Virus record (IMG/VR): IMGVR_UViG_3300011226_000001
Coordinates: 64,001 to 128,000 of that record
Strand: one strand, 5' to 3'
Origin: a virus
Taxonomy: Duplodnaviria; Caudoviricetes
Length of the DNA: 64,000 nucleotides
Shown here: positions 38,939 to 47,221 of the stretch, piece by piece
Position numbering within the stretch: the stretch's first letter is position 1
Layout: every line of letters begins with the position of its first letter
Position numbers and translations under genes: made by a program
Notes under the pieces: generated by a model
The model's input: only the letters and a program-made list of their open reading frames with translations
Database searches by the model: none
What the model was told of the DNA's origin: nothing

Positions 38939-39239
38939 AGTGTCTCCGAACTAAATATGTTTCGAACATCTGGCCGCGATAGTCTTCGAAAACGTATCGC
39001 CAGACATGCGCGTCTGTCTTTTCCATCAGGCGGATCTTGAAGTCAGCGCGTCCTGCTTTGAGCACGTTGTACGGTGTGTAAGTGTCGTATGCAGCACCAA
39101 CATCAATCAGAGGCATCATCTTGAGCACGTCAGACGAATCGACAGTGATCATGTTAGGCTGCTTCATGAAGTTGTACGCGGTGATCTTTAAGCGATGCTG
39201 CACACCATACAGCTTGCAGTAGATATGCGTGTCGGTCAT
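38877..39239 (-). CDS. hypothetical protein
   Basis: 120 aa coupled ORF. Confidence 0.6.
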   Translation of the reverse strand: MTDTHIYCKLYGVQHRLKITAYNFMKQPNMITVDSSDVLKMMPLIDVGAAYDTYTPYNVLKAGRADFKIRLMEKTDAHVWRYVFEDYRGQMFETYLVRRHYETPRDCNGVVIKGQTTKVM

Positions 39240-39481
39240 TCAAGCGTCCCGTAGTCAATGCCATGCTTGTCGCATAGTTCCGCCACTGCGCGTTCAATAG
39301 CACCAGAGCGTGTGGTCTTGAGTTTGATCGCCAGCATGTTCACAGCGTTGTGCAATTCTCTGGTTGTTGCTGCGCTTAACGTGCTTCGACGTGGGTTCGT
39401 TTTCTTACGTGCCTCGATGTTCTCTTTCGAGGTGACGGCGAAGCGAGCGCCCAGTGAAGCGCCCAGTGTTGGTTTGGTCAT
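39236..39481 (-). CDS. ribbon-helix-helix DNA-binding protein
   Basis: STLSAATTRELHNAVNMLAIKLKTTRSGAIERAVAEL resembles a CopG/RHH pattern. Confidence 0.65.
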   Translation of the reverse strand: MTKPTLGASLGARFAVTSKENIEARKKTNPRRSTLSAATTRELHNAVNMLAIKLKTTRSGAIERAVAELCDKHGIDYGTLE

Positions 39482-39846
39482 GAGACAATCTCCAGTTGAG
39501 TGTGGAAGCGCTTGAGTTGGTCTGCATCCATCTCAAGCTGGCGACCGAAGTAGCGAATGCTTGGGTCCTGTGAGTTGTTGACCATAGCTGTAGTGAGTTC
39601 GGTGAATGGCAACACATATGCAGTCACATCACGCGGTGCATCGAAGTCTACCTGACGGATGCCTGGCTCTACACTTGGTTGATAGGTCAGTTCTGAAACG
39701 CACAGCACCTGCTTTGTTTCACGAACAACGAGAAAGACACAGCGAGCACGGCGCAGTGACGAAACGATGTTGAATTTAGACTGAAAGAAGCGACGGTCCT
39801 CAAGCTCTGCCTGAGTGACGTTGAAGACGATAACGAAGCGGCGCAT
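39478..39846 (-). CDS. hypothetical protein
   Basis: start re-called at MRRFVI; TCTGTAAATA motif upstream. Confidence 0.6.
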   Translation of the reverse strand: MRRFVIVFNVTQAELEDRRFFQSKFNIVSSLRRARCVFLVVRETKQVLCVSELTYQPSVEPGIRQVDFDAPRDVTAYVLPFTELTTAMVNNSQDPSIRYFGRQLEMDADQLKRFHTQLEIVS

Positions 39847-39925
39847 TGTATATCTCGCATTGTTGTTTGTGTGCGTGATATTTACAGAAATGAAAAAGGG
39901 CCACCAGCAATGGCAGCCCTTGAGT

Positions 39926-40150
39926 TTAGACTTCGAGTGTTTCTTCGTTCTTGAGACCGTGTGTGCGACAGAATGCTTGCCACGCTTTTTCAACTTCACG
40001 GTCTTCGACGAATTTGATACGACATGAGTAAGCTGTTTTGACCGAGGCCATCACCTGCTTCTTCTTGGGGAACTGTTCACGCCATGCCATAGCAACAGGC
40101 GTCAGCACCAGATGCAGATACTCATTGAGTTCAGTAGGTGTCATTAGCAA
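39926..40150 (-). CDS. hypothetical protein
   Basis: 74 aa ORF. Confidence 0.6.
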   Translation of the reverse strand: MLMTPTELNEYLHLVLTPVAMAWREQFPKKKQVMASVKTAYSCRIKFVEDREVEKAWQAFCRTHGLKNEETLEV

Positions 40151-40404
40151 TAGTCCTCCGAGCCGTCTTGATCTTCACGCGCCGCAGCTTCTTCGTCTAA
40201 GCGATCATAGTGCGCCTGACGGTCAGCTTCCATCTCGTCGGCAACACGCGCATCATTTTGATAGTCGAGAATCATATCTATCAGTTCTTCACGATCTGGC
40301 GCGTCTTGCTCAGGCGCCAAGTCGTCTAACAGGCCGAGACGCTCTGCTTCGTTGCACAGGTCGGTCAGTTGCATTGCATTCATTTGATCACGGTCAAGGC
40401 TCAT
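40144..40404 (-). CDS. small acidic protein with HEH/Rho-N-like module
   Basis: MQLTDLCNEAERLGL...DREELIDMIL. Confidence 0.65.
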   Translation of the reverse strand: MSLDRDQMNAMQLTDLCNEAERLGLLDDLAPEQDAPDREELIDMILDYQNDARVADEMEADRQAHYDRLDEEAAAREDQDGSEDYC

Positions 40405-40452
40405 AGCATTCTCCAAATAGAAAAGCCCCGCGACATGCAGGGCGTTGGTTGT

Positions 40453-41046
40453 TTACAGATAGACTTGCATTGCGTTCTTGCCGTCAGAGATAACAGCAAG
40501 CTGGCTCAGGCGATGGCGGAAGATAGCGTAAGGCATACCTTCTTCGCGTTTGCCGCGTGTAATCAGAGACACAACCTTGAAGTTCATGCGCGTCATACGA
40601 CGTTTAAACGTCGCAGTGTTGAACAGACCACACACGTATTGAGCGATACACACGCGAGCCTCATAAGGCAGCGTCACACTGTATTCACTGCTCAGGTCAG
40701 ACACGATGTTGAAGCGAGGCACGTCGGCCAGCAGTCTAGGCTGCTCAACTTCAATCGCCATGCTTTCAGGCTCGTCGTACTGATACTCACGAATCAGTGT
40801 CGCGTCGATAGGCGTCTTGTCTTTGAACACGATCTTAACGCGATCTTTATCGACAACATGCAACATGAGATCAGTCAGTGCATAGGCTTTTGCGCTGCCC
40901 TGCTCTTTGCCTGTAGTGTACAGCACGGTGATCTCACACTCGCAGAACGCTTCGAAGTGAGGGCGTTTAAGCAGAATCTCGCCGGTCGCCAGAGTAGTGT
41001 CGTTTGTTTTGATGAATGCAACCATGGTCATAGTCGTATCTCTCAT
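40453..41046 (-). CDS. hypothetical protein
   Basis: 197 aa ORF. Confidence 0.7.
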   Translation of the reverse strand: MRDTTMTMVAFIKTNDTTLATGEILLKRPHFEAFCECEITVLYTTGKEQGSAKAYALTDLMLHVVDKDRVKIVFKDKTPIDATLIREYQYDEPESMAIEVEQPRLLADVPRFNIVSDLSSEYSVTLPYEARVCIAQYVCGLFNTATFKRRMTRMNFKVVSLITRGKREEGMPYAIFRHRLSQLAVISDGKNAMQVYL

Positions 41047-41093
41047 TTGATTTGATAATGAGCGGCGCCGTAACGCCGCAGTTTGTTTAGTGC

Positions 41094-41588
41094 TTACAGC
41101 TTGATTTCAATCTCAACGCCTAAACGTTGTTTCAGGTGCGCTACGATTTCTTCTACAGTGAAGTCGTCGAGTGACTTCGTTTCTCTGTTAGCGATCTTGC
41201 GCACAGCGCTCGGCGTGTAGGCGAACTGCGTATGACGATCACGAAATGCTACAGGGATTGTCGTGTCGAGTGTATGATACATGCGATTGTTACGCATTGC
41301 ACGAATAGACGCAGCGAGTTCAGGCGGCAGACGCTCCATGCCTACGTCGATAGTCTCACGGTCGATGCTGCTCCAGCTCAGTCTGGCCCAGTTTTGTTGC
41401 GTGTCAGACTGCAACAGGTCAACGTTAATGCGCGTCAGGTGGTACAAGTTATCAGAGCCATCGACAGATGCGATAACGCCGATGACGTTATCGATACGCT
41501 TGCGATTGAAGCCACGCATCAGAAATTGTTTGTCGTACAGATCAGCGACGCTCATGCGAAGAATCAGATATTGGTTTTTCATAGTCAA
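41094..41588 (-). CDS. hypothetical protein
   Basis: 164 aa ORF. Confidence 0.7.
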   Translation of the reverse strand: MTMKNQYLILRMSVADLYDKQFLMRGFNRKRIDNVIGVIASVDGSDNLYHLTRINVDLLQSDTQQNWARLSWSSIDRETIDVGMERLPPELAASIRAMRNNRMYHTLDTTIPVAFRDRHTQFAYTPSAVRKIANRETKSLDDFTVEEIVAHLKQRLGVEIEIKL

Positions 41589-41630
41589 ACCTCAGGCAGA
41601 AAGTAGAAATGGGGCCGAAGCCCCATAAGA

Positions 41631-41876
41631 TTAACGCACGTCTTCGAGTTCGCCGTCAGTGTCAGGCAGCTTCTCCGCCAAGAAGCGACGCAGATCATCT
41701 TCATGGCCGATGATTGCAACTTCGGGATAGCCGTTCGGGCCGACAGTCTGCGTAACAGTCAGGCGCAGGTCATACGGCTTGAGCCAGTCGTTAGAAGACT
41801 CGCCATCTTCAAATACGATTTCAGTCGGCGATGCTACGTCTGCGATAAGGTCGAGTGTGATTTGTTTCTCTGACAT
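41631..41876 (-). CDS. small acidic early protein
   Basis: 81 aa ORF after promoter, hairpin terminator downstream. Confidence 0.7.
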   Translation of the reverse strand: MSEKQITLDLIADVASPTEIVFEDGESSNDWLKPYDLRLTVTQTVGPNGYPEVAIIGHEDDLRRFLAEKLPDTDGELEDVR

Positions 41877-41923
41877 GATATTGCCTCTTTCTTGATTGAG
41901 CGCGTCATTGCGCTAGAGATTAC

Positions 41924-41976
41924 ATAGTACGCCATTGAGCGCCTAAACTCAATGGCGATTTTGTCCAGATTTGTGC
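41924..41976 (-). promoter_or_regulatory. phage early promoter with perfect 10-bp inverted repeat in the spacer
   Basis: CTGGACAAAAT, TACTAT; CGCCATTGAG/CTCAATGGCG at 41930-41957. Confidence 0.7.
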
Positions 41977-41979
41977 TGA

Positions 41980-42600
41980 TTAGAGATACACGTTCAGGCG
42001 AGCGAGCAACGGGAAGTCGCTACCGTCTTGCTTAACGCCGTTGTCTTTCGACAGTTCGATAACATGTGAGGTGCGTTCTGTGATTTGCGCCACATACTTC
42101 TCTTTGTTGCGTCGATGCTGGTGAATGTCGGTCACTGAAATATCTTGATCGTGCAACACAAGCACCAGCTCTGTCAGGCTGATCATGCCGCCTTTATATT
42201 GAATCAGACGCTCGCGCACGTCATGGTTCAGACACAACATGTTCGGTTCGTTGCCGGATGCGTGGTTAGATACGCAGAAGCGAGGGGCAGCAGCCACATC
42301 TTCGGGGCACATAAGATATTGCTGTGCGCTTTCGGTCAATACGTCTTTAGGCAACACTGACGGTGGCATTGCGTGAACGTCGGTCAGTGGATCGAACTCA
42401 ACACGCACGTTTGCTTCATCAACAGGCGTCAGGGTGATGTTGCGTACGGCGAATGCGTTACCTAACCCCGTGTTCGCATACACGATGAAGATTTCAGATT
42501 CCACCAGCTCCTGCACTTGCTTAGAAGCGATAGTGAATGAACCAGCAGCCAGAGAAGCGTAAGAGCGTTTAACAAAGAAAGTAGTGATGTGCATAGGCAT
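41980..42600 (-). CDS. hypothetical protein
   Basis: 206 aa ORF. Confidence 0.7.
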   Translation of the reverse strand: MPMHITTFFVKRSYASLAAGSFTIASKQVQELVESEIFIVYANTGLGNAFAVRNITLTPVDEANVRVEFDPLTDVHAMPPSVLPKDVLTESAQQYLMCPEDVAAAPRFCVSNHASGNEPNMLCLNHDVRERLIQYKGGMISLTELVLVLHDQDISVTDIHQHRRNKEKYVAQITERTSHVIELSKDNGVKQDGSDFPLLARLNVYL

Positions 42601-42662
42601 GGTCGTGTCTCTCTATAGAAGTAAGAGAAGCGGGGCCGTAACCCCGCAGTCATTGTTAGTGT

Positions 42663-43013
42663 TTACAGCAGGTCGAGTTCTTCGATTGCGGCAGAGAGCT
42701 GGTCTAGGTCAACAGTGCTGAACGTATAGTCATTCATATCTGGGTAGCCTGCATAGTGCAGAACATAATTCTCGTCTTCGCCTGCTTCGTCAGTGTACGG
42801 CAGATCTAAGAAGAAGCCAAACTCGTCACTGACTTCATCTTCTTCGGCATCATAGCCAACAACCATAACAATCAAATCATCTTCGGCACCGTCAGTAACG
42901 ATAACGCGAGCGTCGGTACGTTTCATTTTCGCGTTAAGCGTGTCAGCGAGTTCTTGCAACATCTGACGATCAGATTCAGTGAATACGCGACCAGCTTGTT
43001 TGACTTCGTTCAT
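42663..43013 (-). CDS. acidic hypothetical early protein
   Basis: start re-called at MNEVKQ after GAGG-loop SD hairpin. Confidence 0.75.
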   Translation of the reverse strand: MNEVKQAGRVFTESDRQMLQELADTLNAKMKRTDARVIVTDGAEDDLIVMVVGYDAEEDEVSDEFGFFLDLPYTDEAGEDENYVLHYAGYPDMNDYTFSTVDLDQLSAAIEELDLL

Positions 43014-43066
43014 TGTATGCTCCTCAGCATTAGTTGTATGTGCTACGTCATGTAGCGTCTGCATAT

Positions 43067-43123
43067 ATTGTATCATAGGGCGCATATGCGTGTATATAGC
43101 TATTTTGTCCAGTTATTTGCAGA
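43067..43123 (-). promoter_or_regulatory. phage early promoter
   Basis: GCAAATAACTGGACAAAAT box, core 31 nt upstream of TACAAT (TATGA-extended). Confidence 0.8.
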
Positions 43124-43189
43124 CTTCGCAGATCGTAGGTCGATTCAATTTGAGCTGAGTCACAGTCACTTTTCAGGTCGATCAGACGT

Positions 43190-43219
43190 AAAAAAGGGCA
43201 GCCGAAGCCACCCTCTTTG
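43190..43219 (-). terminator. intrinsic terminator
   Basis: AGGGTGGC-TTCG-GCTGCCCT-TTTTT on - strand. Confidence 0.75.
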
Positions 43220-43220
43220 T

Positions 43221-44861
43221 TTACGCTTTGGGACTCAGAATTGACTTGTCGATCATACCGAGCAGGTCAACGATATCGAACGTTGCACCAATCTTCTTCT
43301 GCTTGCCAGTAGCGCCGGTCTGAATTGTCCACGCTTTGTCTGTCAGGCGAATCGTATACATTTTGGTGCCTTTCGCCACAACAACACCATCAGACGTTGC
43401 GGAGACTTGCGACTTAGGCAAATTGTTTTGCAGGGTGTTGCGCAGCGCATTGAAATATTCTTCACGCGCCTGCAAAGGCTTGGCTGCAATCTTACGTGCG
43501 GTAACTTCTGCCAGTTCGTCCACCAGCGAGATATCAGATTTACCTGACGGTTGATACGAAGCTGCTTTGGTGACAGTGATCTTCGGCTCTGTCTTGAAGT
43601 TGATTGTCTGGGCTTTTTGCTTTTTAACCCAAGACATAAATGCTTTGGCCTGCGCCTCATCAGCAAACTGGAAGATTGCGCTGTTCGGCTGCTGGTGCTC
43701 ATTAACGACACTACCTCCTACCGCAACTACACCGCGCTGCAAGAACGACTCAGCAGTCTGGTAGCCAGAAGAACCATCGTGGTCACTCGTAATAGAGTCT
43801 TTATTGCGACGGATTGTCAGTGACCATTCGTGGTCATTCTTCGGTTGTTTGAATTGCAGTTTAAGTGCGCCACCGGCAGCCGACTTAACGCTGACAAAAT
43901 CAAACGTCGAAGAAGCGAGTTTTTCTTTCGAAACACGCTCAGGCTTGCCGATGTGATCACGCACAACACGCGTTGCACCTTCAGGTACTTTACCAGATTT
44001 AGGCAGCTTCGCAGTGGCAGCAAAAGTTTCGCCAGGCTTTCTCGCAGACAACCACTTGAACACTTTCGTTACGTTTGCAGCAGAGCCTAAATCGAAAGCA
44101 GCATCGCCAGCATCAGCTAAGTACCACTTAGGTTTGATACCGGTAGCTTTGAATGCAGCCACCAGCAGCCCGGCGCCGGTCTCGTGTCCGTTACCGTGAG
44201 ACCCAAGACCCAGAAGCGTCGATTGTGTACCGACACCCTTGCGGAACATCAGTGAAGATGTAGTCTCATGGCCTTTAAAGACGCGGCGAATAATGATAGA
44301 CGTGTTTTTGATAGAAGGGTTTTTAACTACACGGTCAATCACGCTCACGTCGTCAGTTGCAGGTGTAGCAGAACCTTTCTTCGGGTCAATCACTTTGTTG
44401 TCTACTGTGGTAGACTCAGGTGCGCCTGGGTTGTCGAGCTTAATCGGCTTCTCTGGCTTGTTGCCAGCAGTACGACGTGCGCGAATCTCTTTTGTCTCTT
44501 GAGCGCGAGCCGCCGCAACATCAGAATGACCAACTAACCACTTCTGAGGAACGCGAATCAGTTTCAACGCTTTGATAGAAGCAGTCAGGGTCTTAGCTAC
44601 AGCAAATGCCCGAGCAGCAGTAATAGTTCTCTTACCGAGTGCAGACGCGGTGAACTTGATGATATCATCATCTTCACCGTCTTTCATCAGCTTGAGTAAA
44701 CCGTCAAGGTGAGCAGTACGCAGTTCTTTGGCGCGACTGAATTTGTCGAGCACTGCGACGATTGAATGGCCCTTAGAGCCAAACATATATACGGCGGCAT
44801 CTTTCTGCGCTTTTGAAGGTGCAGAGGTGGACGCAACGCCTTGAAGTTTTATCAAAGACAT
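43221..44861 (-). CDS. large basic hypothetical protein (possible virion/internal protein)
   Basis: 546 aa Lys/Ala-rich ORF, GGAG SD. Confidence 0.75.
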   Translation of the reverse strand: MSLIKLQGVASTSAPSKAQKDAAVYMFGSKGHSIVAVLDKFSRAKELRTAHLDGLLKLMKDGEDDDIIKFTASALGKRTITAARAFAVAKTLTASIKALKLIRVPQKWLVGHSDVAAARAQETKEIRARRTAGNKPEKPIKLDNPGAPESTTVDNKVIDPKKGSATPATDDVSVIDRVVKNPSIKNTSIIIRRVFKGHETTSSLMFRKGVGTQSTLLGLGSHGNGHETGAGLLVAAFKATGIKPKWYLADAGDAAFDLGSAANVTKVFKWLSARKPGETFAATAKLPKSGKVPEGATRVVRDHIGKPERVSKEKLASSTFDFVSVKSAAGGALKLQFKQPKNDHEWSLTIRRNKDSITSDHDGSSGYQTAESFLQRGVVAVGGSVVNEHQQPNSAIFQFADEAQAKAFMSWVKKQKAQTINFKTEPKITVTKAASYQPSGKSDISLVDELAEVTARKIAAKPLQAREEYFNALRNTLQNNLPKSQVSATSDGVVVAKGTKMYTIRLTDKAWTIQTGATGKQKKIGATFDIVDLLGMIDKSILSPKA

Positions 44862-44958
44862 GTAAGTACTCCGAGTTCGGTTGTGTGTAATGACAGGGGA
44901 AAATTAGTGTTAGAATAAGAAAAGGGCCATCAGATAATCTCTGAAAGCCCTTTTATCG

Positions 44959-45219
44959 TTAAGCAAGTAGCAACCGGAATTGAAGCGTGTTGTCGCCCTC
45001 TATCTCATGCCAAATAGCTTGACCCACCAGCTCTTGGCCTTTGAAGAAAGAAACTACACTTGACGACTTCTGCTCAGAACGACAATCTTTGGTTGCTTCC
45101 AAGAATTGTTCGCACTGGACGTTTGTCGCCTTCCGCTCACTACAAGCGTTTACTTTATTATTGCACCAGTTCGAAGACCGTGCGTTATACTTCAACCGTA
45201 AGAGGCTACGTCCGCACAT
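44959..45219 (-). CDS. hypothetical protein
   Basis: start re-called at MCGRSL (GGAG SD). Confidence 0.45.
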   Translation of the reverse strand: MCGRSLLRLKYNARSSNWCNNKVNACSERKATNVQCEQFLEATKDCRSEQKSSSVVSFFKGQELVGQAIWHEIEGDNTLQFRLLLA

Positions 45220-45292
45220 GTTATTCTCCAATAACGATATGTCAGCACTACTTGCCAACACATAGAAATTAGATAGCGGGCTAAGATTATTC

Positions 45293-46057
45293 TTAAAAGC
45301 CCGTGAAGTCTCTGAGGATGTATTCCATAAAGAACAAGTGGCGGAAGTGTTCGTGGAAAACGATTCTGTGGTTCTCTGCAAACTTACTGTGCGTAGAGCC
45401 GAGAGACCACAGTAGGTTATGTATTTGCGTCAGGAGTATATCAGGCTGTATACACAGGAACTCCTGCCCGATAGTGATAATCTCTGCGTGTAGCTTGTGG
45501 TAGTCTTCGTTTTCTTTGCACGACATGAGACTATCAATACTGATCGAAGATATGAGATTGGATTGATAGCTAACGTGTTTGCTTTCCAGATTGACGTAAC
45601 TGCGGGCGCCATAATCAAGAATGTGGGCCCATAGATCTGGCGTCTGGTAGACAAGAGACAGCGCACTGTTCTTGAGTTCTGCTTGCCCAGGCTTCTGCTT
45701 CAACGTGTCGATGATATCCAGGACGCGCCCTGAAACTCTACCGAGAGAATCGTCACTGGCGTAGCGCAGATCGTGCATCAACACAATATGAGAGCTGGCA
45801 AATGAAAATTCTTTGTGGCTCACAGGAGGTTCATCAATACCGAAACAGATAAGTGTGTTTGGTAGACTGTTTGAGTTGAGCAATTGTTTGATGTAGGATT
45901 CAACGCTACGTTTTGAAAGGCCTATAATGACCACAGGTTTTGATTTACCGTAGTTCAGGCCGTTATTTTCCAGCGCTCGCGCCATATGGCACAGAGAGCG
46001 GACGTAAGCATCATATGATTCCATAACAGGAATACACAGAGTTTGTACACGAGACAT
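45293..46057 (-). CDS. hypothetical protein
   Basis: 254 aa ORF, GGAGG SD. Confidence 0.7.
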   Translation of the reverse strand: MSRVQTLCIPVMESYDAYVRSLCHMARALENNGLNYGKSKPVVIIGLSKRSVESYIKQLLNSNSLPNTLICFGIDEPPVSHKEFSFASSHIVLMHDLRYASDDSLGRVSGRVLDIIDTLKQKPGQAELKNSALSLVYQTPDLWAHILDYGARSYVNLESKHVSYQSNLISSISIDSLMSCKENEDYHKLHAEIITIGQEFLCIQPDILLTQIHNLLWSLGSTHSKFAENHRIVFHEHFRHLFFMEYILRDFTGF

Positions 46058-46103
46058 ATTAACCTCCGGGCATAACGCCCATACGTGGAGTTGATTAAGA
46101 GAG

Positions 46104-47126
46104 TTATTCTACGACAGTGCCGCGAACAACACATGGTGGTACCCAGCGTGATTTCAATTCACGCTCACCCTTTAGAGGGCCGTACCAGTAGCTATGGTGG
46201 TGCGCTCGTCGTATGTGAGCACGGCGACCATTTGATTCGTGAGACTTCACTTCGTTTTCGTAGGTACGAATTTCATTCAGTAGCTCTGTACCAACATTCC
46301 ACTCACGAACATCACGAACAGGAATGATTTTGTAGCTATTACCGCTACGTCTAGGTTTGAGTGATTTGATTCCTCCTTTATAAATGTTGTCTACCTGCGA
46401 GGCGACAAATAGCAACACGTTAACTACAGGCTTCATGAGAGCCATAACAGCCTCATTGATCTCACTGCCGTTGTCTGAATTAATGTCAACACCAGTCGCG
46501 CCGTTAGCTCCTACAAGGTGCATGAACCAATCGAAACCATCAGATAGCTCCATATCTTTGGTAATGTCGAATATGATATAGAGCGACATTACTTGATTGC
46601 CTGTGCCGTCATTATACACGCCGAGGCAGGACAAGCTCAGGTGAGTTGCCTCTTGGTAGTTGACGTATGTTGCCCAGAACCCTTCAATATCAATTTCGTA
46701 TTTGTGGCCGGTCGCGACATGTTTGTAGTCAAGTGTGAACACGCAATTGATCCACTGCGACCAATGAGGCAATTGGCGCAGTGTAGAAGTAGGCAGCACT
46801 TTAGGCGCATCGCCCTCAATCAGATGCGGCCACAGTTCTTTCTCAATCACAAACGATGCTTTCGTGAAAGACCAAACGTAATGCGTATAGGTCGCTGACG
46901 AAATAAACATTAACTGACGCGCTATGTCAGGATTGATCTCCGTAGGAATCATATTTGCCCAACGAACAAACTCTTCCATAGGGATTCCGAGTGCAGGGAG
47001 TTTGCCATTGTTCTTTTTCAGGTACGTAGTGAAATGATCAGTTATTTTTGATCGTGCTGCACCGCGAGAGGCAGACTCATGCAGGTAAGCCTCATGTACT
47101 TGGACGAATGTTGCTTTTTCAGACAT
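46104..47126 (-). CDS. AcrVA2/FinQ-like protein
   Basis: WSFTK..F.IE.EL...L......LP...L.QLP.W N-terminal block and RAHIRRAHHHSYWYGP...RWVPPCVV C-terminal block. Confidence 0.6.
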   Translation of the reverse strand: MSEKATFVQVHEAYLHESASRGAARSKITDHFTTYLKKNNGKLPALGIPMEEFVRWANMIPTEINPDIARQLMFISSATYTHYVWSFTKASFVIEKELWPHLIEGDAPKVLPTSTLRQLPHWSQWINCVFTLDYKHVATGHKYEIDIEGFWATYVNYQEATHLSLSCLGVYNDGTGNQVMSLYIIFDITKDMELSDGFDWFMHLVGANGATGVDINSDNGSEINEAVMALMKPVVNVLLFVASQVDNIYKGGIKSLKPRRSGNSYKIIPVRDVREWNVGTELLNEIRTYENEVKSHESNGRRAHIRRAHHHSYWYGPLKGERELKSRWVPPCVVRGTVVE

Positions 47127-47221
47127 AAAACCCTCAGACAAAAAAAAAATGGGGAGGCCATCCGGCTCTCCCCTGCCCAATTCGGGCTAGACTACACACA
47201 GCATTGTGTTCGGTTTGGTGA

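Noticed and set aside
39236-39846. RHH gene with neighbours as a toxin-antitoxin or ParA/ParG pair
   Set aside because: Neighbours show no recognisable toxin or ATPase motifs
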